In this document: piece by piece, positions 1 through 13,211 of the stretch
How the letters are laid out: every line of letters starts with the position of its first letter
Numbering within the stretch: the first letter of the stretch is position 1
Position numbers and translations under genes: made by a program
Notes under the pieces: model-generated
What the model saw: only the letters and a program-made list of their open reading frames with translations
Database searches by the model: none
What the model was told of the DNA's origin: nothing
Assembly (NCBI GenBank): GCA_964106645.2
Contig: OZ067051.1
Length of the DNA stretch: 64,000 nucleotides
DNA from: Podarcis pityusensis
Lineage: Eukaryota
Direction: 5' to 3' (one strand)

Positions 1-653
1 TGTGAGCTGCCCCAGGAACTCACTAAAGACACTAAAACCATAACAAATATAACACAATATGAAATGGCTTCCATTTTTAAGAAAAAAGAGCGCTGGTAGT
101 CACCGTGAAGTTGTTACAGTAAGTGCCACACTTTTAGCATTTTGGGTATGTGTGTGCCAGTACTGCATACTCTTCTGTACTCCCAGAAAAAAACACCGAG
201 TACACCTCTGCTTTTTCTTGTATGTGGCATCCAATGCCTTCTGTTGTTCTGAAGCAGGGATTTGCCCACATGGTGTCCTTCAGAGGCTGGGACTCCCATC
301 AAGTCCAGCCAGCCCAGCCAGTGATGATGGGAGTTGCAATCCAGCAGCATCTGATATGCTCCACTTTAGTGACCCATTTATTTTCCAAAGGGTAAAATGC
401 ATACATTCATACATACTCGGTCAAAGGGACCCCATGGAGGGTTGGTCACTTCTAGAGCAGGTCCTTCATCTGGATCCAATTCCCAACCTCTGGCAAAGGC
501 TTTGAGCTTAAGCTTTCTAGTCCATAAAAATAGCATTTCCCATGATTACTCCATTGCTCACATAGGCTCCATGCCCTCCATCAAGGGTTGCTGAGGATGA
601 ATGACCCCTTGTCCTCCCAAGCTCTAACTGGCCCCTTTCTTCTTATTTCTCAG

Positions 654-817
654 CTGAGCTTGCGTTTGAAAGCAATGAAACGCCAGGTGGAGGGAGCAGA
701 AGAAGAAATAGATAGGCTTGAGAGCACCAAGAAAAAGCTTCAGAGGGAGCTGGAAGAGCAAGTTGACTTGAATGACCAACTGCAAGGACAGCTGAATGCA
801 ATCAAAAAGGAACTCAG
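654..817 (+). CDS. CGNL1: Cingulin-like 1 (paracingulin), penultimate coding exon
   Basis: Polypyrimidine tract and cag acceptor at 651-653. Encodes LSLRLKAMKRQVEGAEEEIDRLESTKKKLQRELEEQVDLNDQLQGQLNAIKKEL, a myosin-tail-like coiled coil matching the recalled CGNL1 C-terminus. Donor AG|GTGGGA, phase 2. Confidence 0.93.
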
Positions 818-1384
818 GTGGGAAAGGAAGAGCCTTGGGACCCAGAAAGGTTTTCATCAACCCTTCCCAAGATCTGGAAAGTCACAGCTCCACTTGCCAC
901 ATTGGCTCCTTGCTCATGGGTTGTATGACCCAACTCATTCTCCTCATTCTGGATCTAAGAATCTTTGTTTGGAAACCATAACCAAGCTGATTGTCCCTGC
1001 CCCTTCCAGTTTATAATTTTGGGGTTCCATGGCACTTTGGATTGGATTTCCCCGTACCCTAACATTCAGCCCTCCGCTGGGAACTTAAGTGTCATGCCAG
1101 AACCTTCACTGCTGAGTTTCCAAGGAGCTTATTTTTGTGTAAACATTCGGAGAAAGAGGAACTTTGCAGAAAGGAGCACATGCCCAAGATTGCAGTGCTC
1201 ATTCTGGTGTTTCCCCCCAGGGCTGTGGAGGAGACAGTTGCCCCCATTTTCCTAGCCTTGTAGGCATTGGAATGGCTCATTCAAATCAACCAGCGTCTTT
1301 AAAATACATCATGAAAGCATTCCAAATGTTGACAGCCAGCTTATAAAGCCACACTAACATGTTTATATATTTTTGCTTTAGCAG

Positions 1385-1517
1385 GCACAAAAAGACCTCT
1401 AGTAAAATGCTGAATGACCTTGAAGATGACGACGACGACTTCAGCACTGATGGGGACAGCCTTTATGAAGCACCTTCAGGATTTAAATTCTTAAAGGACG
1501 ATGATATCAAAAGCTAA
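1385..1517 (+). CDS. CGNL1: Cingulin-like 1, last coding exon
   Basis: Acceptor tttgctttagcag; the phase-2 join gives ...ELR-HKKTSSKMLNDLEDDDDDFSTDGDSLYEAPSGFKFLKDDDIKS-TAA. This resembles the recalled human tail DLRLKKLPSKVLDDMDDDDDLSTDGGSLYEAP. Confidence 0.92.
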
Positions 1518-4262
1518 AAATTCAGCTGTTCCATGAGTTGTGGATGTTCAGCCTTCATTGCTGAAAAGCAATGAGCTACGGACTCTGGAAGCCAATGGCT
1601 GCAGGAATACCGGTGCTGGTTGGCATTTATATCTCTCTCCACAGTGTGCCATTTTCAGACTTGAGATATTTCAGAAATAAACAGCCTAAAACACGAAGGA
1701 CTTGCTTTCCAAACCCAAAGCTGCCTGCAGCCATAGAGAGTGCACCACTAAATTAGGATGACGTTTCTCAGCAGAAATAGGATGGTTGCTAAAATTGTGT
1801 CCTAAGGAGCCAGCACCTTCTGTTTCTAAGCATGGTTAAACTGCATCCATCTGACATGGATGCTAGATTTTTTTAAAAGAGAGAAAAAGGGTATTTAACT
1901 GATGTAACTAGAGGAAACTGTATAGAATGTACATATTTTAAATTAGATGTTTTAATTGATCACACTATAGCTATTTTTGTAAAGCTTCCCGTTTTTATAG
2001 AGCACATGCAAAGTACTGAAATCTCTGCTGAAATATCATACTATTTTTCAGCTAGAAAATGCCTTACATTCCAAGTATTCAGCAAGCAAGGTTTTAGGTC
2101 TCCAAGCAAGCAAGACTCTGTGGGAGGGTTAGAAAAGCTTTTATTCACAGGGCTCATAGAACATAAAGAGCAAGTTTTGAGCCAGAAGCAATGGATGCTG
2201 CTATTCCAGTTCCCAGTCCTTGGTTTTCAGGAGTGTGTGGATGCACTCACTGTGTCTTTCATACTGATCCTGCCGTTTCAGTAAGAAAGAGAATTTTGGG
2301 AGCTAGGTCTGCATCCCAGGAGCAATGACCTCCACAGGAATGAGCTCCCATGGATCTTGGCTAGGCTTTCCTGACATATGGAAGTACAGCAGTTTGTGGT
2401 GCCTTGAGCTTCTCTCACATCTAAATCCTCTGCTGTTCATGAAAAATGAGTTGAGAAAAAACGGTTCTCCTCTGGATTTGCAACTTATTTTTTCCTCAAC
2501 AAAGCCCCCCTATTTTCAATTGGTCTGTTTCATTCTGACCCAGCAAAGCACTTGAGAGCAAAAGAACCAGGTGAAGTGATTTCCTGCTACAGGTACAGAA
2601 TCCCTGACTCTTTACTCCAGCTCTAGTGCACTCCCACTTCTGGTGTTTTAGGCTGGGTACACATGATGTTTGCCACTATCTATATGAGTCTTAGAGTTTT
2701 CGACAAAACTGATATACTGTTGCTTGATGCCTTTCCTTCAAACCAGCTTCCATCCCGATTCTGAAAACTTAAGCTGCAGTTAAGCTGAGGTGTGTACATT
2801 TGAGACAGTCATTGTGCATGTGCAGATGACACCTTCGTGAATAGGATTTTCTGGGGAGGGGAGAAGGGGTTGTAGGCACAGAAAACCAAACAGGTAACGT
2901 GCATCAGGTCCATCCCATCCCTGGTGTGCACAGCAACATGCAAATGCAACTTGAAACACACAGTGTTTTAAGCTGCTAATGTGTACATGGCCAGTCTTGG
3001 ACCAGAAGCTAATACAAGCCACTTTGTTCTAAATGGTTTACCAGATCTGCTGTTGTGGACTACAAAGAGCTGCACAACAAGCATACTGTATAAGGAACAG
3101 CTATCCCACCCTGACTTTGCATTTTATCTACAGGCTTTTATAAACATGCTCTTGTGTACACTGGGGAGGCTAACCTGTGGCCCTTCTGATGATGTTAGAC
3201 TACAGCTCCCCTCACCATTCTTGACCATTGGCTATGCTAACTGGAGCTAATGGGAGCTGCAGTCTGACATCGTCAGGAGGGGAACAGATTAGCGAGGATT
3301 AAACACACACACATATTGCCATCTATGCAGCTTTGGTATTCTACAAAAGGAAGCATCCTGATTCATCAAACTGCTATACTGATGAATGCTGAATTACATG
3401 AGAATTATGTTAATTATAGTAGGTGGCCAACTTTGAGGAGTTAATCAGTTTTGGAAATCCATTGCTCAAGATGTTGAGAATGAACTCGAGTTGAATGCTG
3501 CCTAGTTAGCAACAAAAACAAGTATGTCTCAAGTGTACTTGGGATTTTAAGTAACTTTGGTTATAATAACAATGAAAATCTTGGAAGCAAAAAAATGTGC
3601 ATATGGGTCCACAGTAGCACTGTTAAGGGAACAAAGATACCAATTAAAAATGAAGGGTAAGAAACCATTCCTGATGAAGGAAACTTTGCTTCTGTATTGG
3701 AACAGGTAGAGAGCAGTGTTTGTATGGCTTGAGTCTTGCATAAAAGCAATTAAGCCTCCATAATGCCTCCCATTGTGCATACATTAATAAATTCCCCACA
3801 GCCCCCAAATTGGCAGTACCCTTTAATAGGAGAAGAAGCCTTAGATGAGTTGCAGGGCTATAAGGAAAGTGGGCAGGGGAGGACATCAGTCTGTGAAGTT
3901 TGTTTGATCATCTAAGCAAAATCAAATCCAGGCACTGAAGATCCCGTTAGAAATGGCAGCTCCTGGGCACCAAATGAGTCATTTGGAGTGCTGCTGCTGC
4001 AGCCGCTGACTTTGTAGCCTGACGTTCATGCTAAGAGTTCCTAGGGGCAGGTAGAGGCTTCGAGAGAACTGGAATTGGGGTGTCACAGAGGTCTGAAAGA
4101 ATCTGAAAGCACCCAAGTGGCTTTCCTGTGGAAGTTTGATTGGCAGAATAGTCTGGTCCATCTTACAGGGCAGCAGCTGTAGGGAATGGAAAGGGAATTC
4201 TAGGTACAGTCAGAGCACCAGCTTTGTATGCAGAAGGGGCCCGGTTCAGTCCCTAACCCCTC

Positions 4263-4582
4263 CATATGAACACAGAATAGCGCTGCTGCTTTGGGCCAAA
4301 AAGGCCCTTCCAGTCCAGCATCCTGCTCTCATGGGGATAAACCAGATGCCTATTATGGGAAGCCCACAAGTGGGACCTGAGCACAACAGCACTTTCCCCG
4401 CCTGTGATTCCCAGCAAGTGGAATTCAGAGGCACTCTGCTCCCCACAGTGGAGGGAGAACCATGAACCATAGCCTTATCATCCACGAATTTGTTCAATCC
4501 TCCTTTAAAGCCATCCAAGTTAGTGACTCTCCCTACCTCTTCTGGGAGTGAATTCCATAGTTTAACTATGCACTGTGTAAAT
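4263..4582 (-). mobile_element. CR1-like LINE 3' fragment
   Basis: Typical squamate CR1 3' text (tccagtccagcatcctg...ttatcatccacgaatttgttcaatcctcctttaaagccatcc). Related copies at ~43600-43990 and ~50400-50625. Boundaries approximate. Confidence 0.65.
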
Positions 4583-5970
4583 AACTTTCAAAATACTTGT
4601 TATAGGTATTTCAGGTATGCTGGGGGGAAAATCCACCTGAGATGTTGGAGAACCACTACCCATCAGAGTAGATCATACTAAGCTAGATGATACTCAATAT
4701 GAGGCAACTATTTCTGTTCAATTAGGGAGGTTATACTGTGCAAATCCCTTGAAAACAAATCTGAATTATGAAACAGCACAGTATCTCGTGGCAATGTAAC
4801 TGCATAGGAAAAGTTCTTAGTGGCTGGTGCCTGATGTTCATGAGTGAGAGGCAAGGTGGCATTTGGGGTTTTCTACCTCAAGTCAAAGAGAAATCTGTAC
4901 ATACAGGTTAATAGGAATAACTTGTGCTGTAAGTGTGCAGGATTTCCAGTAGGTATTGTGGTTCCTGCCAATGTTCTTTTCAGTCCTCTCTCTCCGTTCC
5001 AGCCCATCAGCATCAACGAGAGGATTGTCACTAATATCTGTAGGAGGCAGATTGCACCATACTCGGGCAGCATTTTTAGAAGGGAAAAAGAAACTGGAAG
5101 TCTATTGTGTTGACAATCAATAGAGGCTACCTCTTGTGGTTTTATGTTTGTTCTGAAACTATCATATAGACATTATTTTACACTGGTGTTCAGCTGTCCT
5201 TCCAGAAATATAGGGCAGAATCTACTAGGAGGTTCCCTTCCAAAGTCCCTGTTCATGTCAAGGATTCATGCAAGAGAAATTTCCTTGTGGACTCTGCCCA
5301 TAAACTGATTCACTCAAGCCATTTGTGTGTGGGGAGGTGGGAAATCAAATAATTCTGGCAGCTACCTCCAGATATGCTTAAACTGTAAAGGACTAGTCAT
5401 TCTGAAATAAAATTACATTGGCTAAATATCATCCAATTTTGGAGTTTCTTTGTGCAGTTCCAACACCCTCTTTCTCAAGAGTAGAGGCACCCGGTGGACA
5501 GTGGTAGCCCAAACAGAGTTGGATCTCGAACATTGTTAAGGGTGGCAGAGTGGAAGACAGTTCAGTGGGAACTTTTATATAAGCAACATGGAAATGGGTC
5601 AACAGGAATAGGCCTAATGGATGAATAACATTCCCTCCATCTCTTCACAATGAGAGAATGGAAGCATCCTGGGGGTTCCTGCGCTTTTTCCTTCCCTTTC
5701 TAGTATTAAGCATGTTGCCATGTTATGCCTGCACCGAGATTAACAAAAATGGTGGTAACCTTTTAATCCAGGAGCAAAGTAGCTACAAGCCTCTTTTTCA
5801 AAAACTTGTTTAAAAACCAGGCATGGTTAGCAGTGGAGCTGTCGTAACACTACATCAAAGCAGTGCTTTTCTTCTAGGAAAAAAAGTGCCAGTATAGCAT
5901 AGCCTTGAGTATCCCCAGAAAATAGCACTGCATAAAACAGTATGTCCTGTGTCAAAGGAGAGGTTTAGTA

Positions 5971-6191
5971 CAGTCAAATCTCAGTTTTCGAACGTCTTGG
6001 ATGCCAAACAATTTGGAAGCTGAATGCTGAAAACTCGGAAGTGAATGCTTCCGTTTTCGAATGACTTCTGAGGTGCATTTTTCATTTTTTCCCATTGACT
6101 TTGCTGCCAGCCCTTTGATCCTGTTTTCAAATGTTTCGGAAGTCAAACGGACTTCTGGAACGGATTACGTTTGAAAACCAGGGCTCCACTG
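5971..6191. mobile_element. Tc1/mariner (Tigger-like) MITE
   Basis: TA|cagt...ccactg|TA with degenerate TIRs; a related fragment lies at ~24880-24981. Confidence 0.65.
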
Positions 6192-6196
6192 TAGTA

Positions 6197-6422
6197 CAGT
6201 GGTACCTCAGGTTAAGTACTTTATTTGTTCTGGAGGGCCGTACTTAACCTGAAACTGTTCTTAACCTGAAGCACCACTTTAGCTAATGGGGCCTCCTCCT
6301 GCTGCTGTGCCACCGGAGCACAATTTCTGTTCTCATCCTGAAGCAAAGTTCTTAACCTGAAGCACTATTTCTGGGTTAGCGGAGTCTGTAACCTGAAGCG
6401 TATGTAACCCGAGGTACCACTG
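6197..6422. mobile_element. Tc1/mariner (Tigger-like) MITE
   Basis: TIRs cagtggtacctc / gaggtaccactg with TA TSD; same family as 41612-42317 in the opposite orientation. Confidence 0.85.
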
Positions 6423-6888
6423 TAGTTAAAATGTGACAAAAGTGGAGAGGGGGATTGATGAGGCCTTTCAAAATGAGACCCACTTAATGGACCATCTTTT
6501 TGCATTTGATGTTTGGTTCCTTTTTTCTCCCATTTGGCATACCTGTGCTTGCAGATTGGTAAGAGGTAACATGGCAACTGAGACAGTTGTGCAACTACAG
6601 CAGTTGGCTGGCAAGCTGTTGTGAGAACAAGAGAACATAATTCCTGGCCAAAGAAAATGCAAAAAGGGGGGGGGGGGAAGGGTAAAAAAGGAATATAAAA
6701 CAATACGATGCAAAACATTGTTTCCAACTAAGTCAGCCTCAGAATATGCCTACTGTATTGAGCTTAAAACAGTCACATCCATCGATTCCAGGCGGTCTAT
6801 TCTGGGTATGACCCACTATGCAACATATCACTGAGTATAAAGTAAGTGATTTTATTTTAAAACAATGTCTTGAAATAAGGATACTTGA

Positions 6889-7347
6889 CTTCTGAAACAA
6901 CAATGGGATATTAGCTCTGCCCAAGGCATGATGGAGGGCAGCAACAGCTGGGAAAAGATTGATAAAACATTTTACAAGGACAGGAAGGAACACTATGGCC
7001 AGAATAATTGTCACACACAAGAGGAATGAAGATAGTTTGAATGCTTCACCTATAGATTTATAAATCACTTAATGTGTCAAGACAAATGGATGTCGTTAAC
7101 ATTGCAGTTGTCGTATAAGGGATTGTTATTTTGACTGAAATGTAATTGAGATGAATAAGATTTTGGAATGCAGAAACAAAGTAAATAATCAAACCATCAA
7201 TGCTAGCACGCAGGCCACCTAAATTATATACCGGTAATTTGGCATTTGAATGAGTGGGATTAGTAATTGTATCATAATTTGGCATTGTTATAATGAGGCT
7301 ATCATTGGATTATTGTAATTAAAAACTAATAAAAAATATTGTTAAAA
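6889..7347 (+). mobile_element. 5'-truncated L1-like LINE 3' end
   Basis: Flanked by a 17-bp direct repeat GAAATAAGGATACTTGA (6872-6888, 7348-7364); AATAAA and A-rich 3' end. Confidence 0.75.
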
Positions 7348-8447
7348 GAAATAAGGATACTTGAAATCAGGATAAGCTACAGTTGTTGAAGGCTTCCACC
7401 CTCATAGGACATACAACTTATGTGGTAACATAACCATGGTTAAGTCAAAGCATGGTGTGCAACCTCACTTGGAATAAGTTTCATAGCCTGACTTGTGGCC
7501 AGTTCCTAAAAATGATACATGGCCTTTAACACATCACACTAAGCCATACCATGACAAATGTGTGGTCTCCGGGAAATAAGATTGTGTACCTTGCTGCTCC
7601 GTTGAGCGTTAAGTCATGGTTTAACATTGTTATGACTGAACCTGGACTCATAGTTTTTTTAAAAAAATAAATGAAGCCAACACTAGTGGCTAGAACGATG
7701 GATCCGTGTTGTGTGAATAGTAGGCTGATGCTGGACCTCTTGATTTCAGTTAACACATTTCAATTTAACCATGGGAAGACAGAGCTGCCTGTGTCTGCTT
7801 TGGAAGGTCCGTCTCAAACTCTGAAAGCTTTAGTCTGAAAATTATCTGGATCTTAGCATCTCTCCGACATATTTAAATCGGAAAATCTTGTTAGGCTGGT
7901 TATGTGATTGCTTTTGGTCTGACCGTTTAACTTGGTATGTGAATCAGATCTATGTGAAATAGCCTATTTCCGTGGAAATTACAGGAGTAAATTTCCGTTT
8001 ACTACTACTAAAGAGCTCACATGCAAGAGAATATTGGTTGTTACTGAACTGTAGAACAGAATGGATGATACTTGAAAATACTAGGAAGAGCTACTCAGGA
8101 GGTCACCTAACTAAGAAATCTGGGTGTGTTTCCATGTCTTCTCCAGAGTAGGACCTCTCATTAAATGATGGGTGCTGCTACATACTACAGAACTTATCAC
8201 AAAATGATCCCTCCTATTGGAATAATTGTAAGTCACTTGGTCACCAGGTCTCTAGTTCTTCCTTCTAAGCATATTCTCCATGCTGATATTCAGTCGTTAG
8301 AAATAAATTTTTAATAGGACAAGGAAGTGTATACATTTCTCTTGCACTCTTACACTATTAAAATTCAAGGTCACCCAATTAAGTTAATAGGCAATAGGTC
8401 CTAAACAGAAGTGAACCACCCTGTGATCTTTGGATGAAGGGCGGTAT

Positions 8448-9170
8448 TGGTTGGCATCCGTCCGTCTCAAGAGTGCACCTCCAGGGATGAGGTCAAAGCA
8501 CTGTTAGCAGCACCAGTGACCTCCCCGCTGCACAAGCCTGGGAAGTATGTATGGAGGTCCTGGGCTGCCAGATGACAAGACCCCCACTCTCAGCCTTGCT
8601 GATGTGATCCAATGGAAAACAGAGCTTGGCACCAGCTTGACTGCAGGTGTTGCTGGAAGGAGACATACAGCGTACCATCCAACCATCTTAGGGACTCCAC
8701 TCTGATTTGTATTGAATTTACTCCTTAGCCTTTTCCTATCCTGAAGATATCTCATAAGGCAGCAGAGGTTTTGGATCAGTTTTTTCATTCTCCTAGATGG
8801 GCTACCCTCCCACGCTGACGAGCCCAATCTGCCCCTCACTTTCCTCTACAGCACATGCAGAAACTGCTTTTTTGACTGTTAGACCCACCTTGGTCTCGTC
8901 CACTCGATCCGCTGGAGCCTGTCTTAGCATGCATGGGAAGTCCCTAACGCACCAAGGGTTTGAGATCCATTGGCTACTCTCACCTGGTTTAGCTGGCCAG
9001 TCAAAGCCATTTCCCAGGGTGCGGCCGCTGTCACATGCTGACAGCTTATAGAAGCCACAGGTGAGAGCCGAGTGCAGGTTGGGGACCAAAGATGGGCAAA
9101 CTACCCTAGAAGGAGCACAACATGTGCCCACCAGGAGTACTACCCCTCCCCTAAGGCCCCATATACTCCT
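8448..9170. mobile_element. Interspersed retroposon (possibly RTE-related) inserted into an L2-type tail
   Basis: Flanked by AAGGGC(G/A)GTAT (8437-8447, 9171-9181), splitting the motif ccctgtgatc..ggatgaagggcggtat|acaaat. An unsplit version of that motif is at ~62745-62785. Family assignment uncertain. Confidence 0.6.
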
Positions 9171-10689
9171 AAGGGCAGTATACAAATTAAATAATTTATC
9201 CACATGCTGTGCAATTAGCTAACAGAATTCACTGCCAAAGGATGTGATGATGATGCCCTCTAGCTCAAATAGATTTTAAAAGGATTAATGGGAGTCAAAT
9301 TCATGGGAGGAGGATTTATATAAAATTCTTTGTTGCTTGGAGTTCACAACCAGGGAGAGTGAGGAGCAGGGCAGAGTTTTACCCCCTATAGCAAACATTA
9401 GTACAGATCTGGCACTGTTCATGTACACAGGTATATACCCAGAAAAGAAAAAAGTGGAGGGTGTGGAAGAAGTGTTTGTGGGGTTGAAATACAAAGAAAC
9501 CTACAAATTCATTTCATCAAGTCCCATCCACTACTGTGGACAGAAGCTGCAGAGCAAAAATGAATATCCATGACTGAAGTAAACAGAAATGTACGACAGC
9601 TAATTTGTCATGTGTACACAAAGAAAAACTGGATCAGTGTCACACACTCCAACCAGGAAGCACCTTTAGTGTTATTGAAATGAGCATGTATAAGTTCTGA
9701 ATGTGCCCATTTGAAGCAAATTTGAAAGTTTCAGATTGAGACAGTATTATTAATAATATTTTTGTCCATAATTAATTTTTGTCCAATTAAAAGTATTATT
9801 AATAATGAATATTTTAATCCACAATTTATCCCCTTCAGCTGATTATATAATCTGCAACTAAGCACTAAAGTGGTTTGATATTGACTGTGTCTCATCCAAG
9901 ATATACTCTGATGTGCCCTACAGAACCATCAGACTTCAGATCTCTTATTCTTCTGCAATTTCCTCTCATTCCTCAACAGTAATTGGTCATCACATTTTGG
10001 ATTTGATAGAATAGGAAATCATAGCCCTAAATGATTGACATCCGTTTCATTTGTTACACACACTGTTAACTGTGATACAGGGTGTGCCATGTTCTGTTCT
10101 TTCATCTGGCTTAATTACTCAATGTATATTGTAAGCGTGAATCTTAACCCTCATGCAGCAATGCTGCTATTCCTGTACTGCACATTGTTAAATGACACGT
10201 GCATATGTTTAAGCAATCTGCCTCTGCGTATTGTGAAGTTTTTTGAGTAAATGTTGGATTTGTGCCAGAACAGAGTTGAGGAAGAAGACATTTCTAACCC
10301 CTATAAAAAAGCAGTGTGTGGAACATCAAAAAGAGAAAAAATTGATCTGGTAACACTAGAACGAAATCTATAATTAGACAACAAAGTCACAATGAGCACC
10401 AAACAAAAGGAATTAGGGTTGCTTGTCTATTTACTTTATTGGCAAAGATTGGAGTAGAATGATAAGACCCCTAGAAACACAATGATTTTCTTGCATTTAT
10501 CATAGAGCTTCATTCAGAGCAATTTGGCTGCAGAAAATATTAGACTGGAAATCAAAAGACTGTTTGTACACCAATGGAAGGATCTTGTTGCTTGTCTCAT
10601 TTTGACTAATCTGATTGGATTTATGATCTTCAGTCTTTTCCATCTTTCTGAAACCAAGAACCCCTTTCAGTTGGGGCTGGGGTCCTCAA

Positions 10690-10970
10690 CATGGCATCCA
10701 AAGGTACCCATGTATCTGTTACCTTTTCTGGTGCACACCCATTCCTCCCCACCCTCATCCCCTGGAAAATGATTTCCTATCTCTGGTTCCTACTTCTTTA
10801 ACCAATTCCTGATCTACAAGAGGACTTCTTATTCCATGACTGCTAATTTTACTCAAGAGTCTTTGGTGAGGTACTTTGTCAAAACCAATTTGTAAGTCCA
10901 GGTAATGTCAATGAGATCACCTCACACTCTCAAATAACTCTAAAAAGGTTAGTGAGCCAAGATTTGCCCA
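10690..10970 (-). mobile_element. CR1-like RT fragment
   Basis: Minus strand reads ...tttgacaaagtacctcaccaaagactcttgagtaaa (FDKVPHQRLLSK), a CR1 RT motif. Confidence 0.7.
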
Positions 10971-11019
10971 AAATCAGTTTTATTGCCCCCCGTTTCTGCT
11001 CTGGTCAGGAGCTATAGGG

Positions 11020-11270
11020 CATGGGTAGGCAACCTAAGGCCCAGGGGCCGGATGCGGCCCAATCACCTTCTCAGTCAGGCTTGCGGATGGTCTGGGAATC
11101 AGCATGTTTTTACATGAGCAGAATGTGTCCTTTTATTTAAAATGCATCTCTGGATTATTCGTGGGGCATAGAAATTCATTTTTTTGTTTTTTTAAAAAAT
11201 ATAGTCCGGCCCCCCACATGTTCTGAGGGATGGTGGACTGGCCCACGGCTGAAAAAGTTGCTGACCCCTG
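11020..11270 (-). mobile_element. hAT MITE
   Basis: catgggtaggcaa...ttgctgacccctg, degenerate 8-bp TSD (ctataggg/ccaaaggg); same family as 18344 and 44283. Confidence 0.85.
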
Positions 11271-11779
11271 CCAAAGGGCTTTGAATGCCGAGGTAGCTAT
11301 CTTGCCCCACTGCTCCTGGATTGCAGTACTGGATTAAGTATTGGATTAAAGTACTTATACACTCCTTTATGCCCTCCTTATTTGAGGCTCTGAAACCAAA
11401 TTTAAATGCTTCTTAAAATCTAGTAGAGGAGCAACATTTGTGAGAGCTCCCTTAACGCATTCAGCCTGGCCAAAAAAGTGAAGAGTATAAGGGTGGAATT
11501 ATGTTGACCATGTATTCCTGTTGGCTACCAACAGGAATGATTAAAAATAATAGTTATTTCATGAATATTTGGGAGAAGTTATTTTAATTGCTGTTTGTGA
11601 ATGTTATGTTTTTACAAACCTTTTAACCTATTAGCTTGTATAAAAACACCACCAACAACACCACCACAAATCTCCTGCCTGATTAATGGGCAAGCAACTT
11701 TTTGAGTCGATTTAAATTTCCCAGCTGCGTCGCGTCTCAAAACTCCTGTTTTTCTGGAATCTCACTGAGGAATCCCACT

Positions 11780-12600
11780 CCTAGGTTTTTTCCAGAGCGC
11801 TACGTTTGTCGTGGAGCGCAAGGCTCCGTTTTAAGTCGAATGAAAAGTTGAAAAACCGATTTATCGAACCCAATAGCCGCCTGATCACCCCCCCCCCTTC
11901 TGTCCCCTTGTCAGCAGGAGGCCTGAGGCGCCTCGCAGGAAGGATTTCCTTCGGGAGCCGCTCTGAGGCGCGGTCGACCTGCCTCTCCTTCCCCCGGGGG
12001 CCCTTCGGCCGCCCGAGCGAGCGCGCCTCCTCACTCCGCTCCGTCCGTCCGTCCGAGCAGGCGGGCGGGCGGGCTGGAGGCGGGGAAGAGGCTGGCCGGG
12101 CCGGGCGGCTGCCCGCCACGCCCGCCGGGTCAGGAGGAGGCTGTCAGTGGCCCGTGGCCATTGCGGGAGGGAGGCGGCGCGGGGCGTGTGAGGCGGAGAG
12201 AGGAGCGAGGCACAACTCCGCGCCGAGTGGGGCGAGTCCAAGGCGGCCGAGATGTTGCGCTACAGCTCGGGCTTGACCCTCACCACCACCACGCCGAAGA
12301 AGCCCGACGGCCCTGCTCAGAGAAAGGTGAGCGGGGACGGGGCAACGAAACAGCGCACGGCGATGAAGGAAGCTCCCCTCAGGCACAGAGAGGGAGACCC
12401 CAAAGCGGCGGCCCCGAGCGGGTCTCTGCGAGGTGTCGGAGGCAGGGGCGCAACTTACCTCAGGAACAGGAGGCGCATGCGCGAAGCGAGTTCCCTCAGG
12501 GGCGAAAAAAGGCGGGAAGGGCGTCGAGGCCAAACCTCGGGGGAAATGGGAGCCGCCTCAGCCGCTGATCCCCGCATGCCTTCCTTAGCGCTGTTTTGGG
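11780..12600 (+). promoter_or_regulatory. CpG-island promoter and 5' UTR of MYZAP
   Basis: Abrupt GC- and CpG-rich stretch with GC boxes (GGGCGG at ~12062-12072) around the first coding exon; no evident TATA box. Confidence 0.85.
12252..12326 (+). CDS. MYZAP: Myocardial zonula adherens protein, exon 1
   Basis: ATG in gagATG context, MLRYSSGLTLTTTTPKKPDGPAQRK (75 nt), donor AAG|GTGAGC. Recalled human exon 1 is MLRSTSTVTLLSGGAARTPGAPSRR, also 25 aa. Confidence 0.88.
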
Positions 12601-12840
12601 CTTGGATGCCTTGAAGGCAGGACCCCTGCCCTCGTGGGGTTGCTGCACTCCAACGCCCATCAGCCCCACCCAGTATGGCTCATGGGGTGGTGGGGTCCAG
12701 CAACATCTGGAGGGCTACAGGTTGAGGAAGGGCTGGCCAAGGTGGCTTTGTTCTGTACCCCTTACCTGCGCCAAGATGCCCTTGCTCCATAAAAGGGATA
12801 ATCTTGCTTTACCCTAGAATCATAGAATGGTATGGCAAGG

Positions 12841-13211
12841 TAAAAGGTAAATGATCCCAGGATGGTTAAGTCCAGTCAAAGGCGACTATGGGGTGCAGCG
12901 CTCATCTCACTTTTGGGCTGAGGGAGCCGGTGTTTGTCCGCAGACAGCTTTCCGGGTAATGTGGCCAGCAGGACTAAGTCGCTTCTGGTGCAACGGGACA
13001 CTGTGACGAGTGCCAGAGTGCATGGAAATACTGTTTACCTTTCCACCACAGTGGTACCTATTTATCTACTTGCACTTGTGTGCTTTTGAACTGCTAGGTT
13101 GGCAGAAGCTGGGGCAGAGCAGTGGGGAGCTCACTACCATCGTACAGATTCGAACTGTTGACTTTCCGATCGGCCGGCCCAAGAGGTTCAGTGGTTTAGA
13201 CCACAGCGCCA
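12841..13211 (-). mobile_element. Sauria SINE
   Basis: Homologous to 25241-25584 and 39231-39571; tRNA-like head and (ACCTTT)-type tail on the minus strand. Confidence 0.8.

Noticed and set aside
11781-12614. Several overlapping 110-156 aa ORFs in the CpG island
   Set aside because: Expected from stop-codon scarcity in GC-rich DNA; only 12252-12326 matches MYZAP and ends at a donor.
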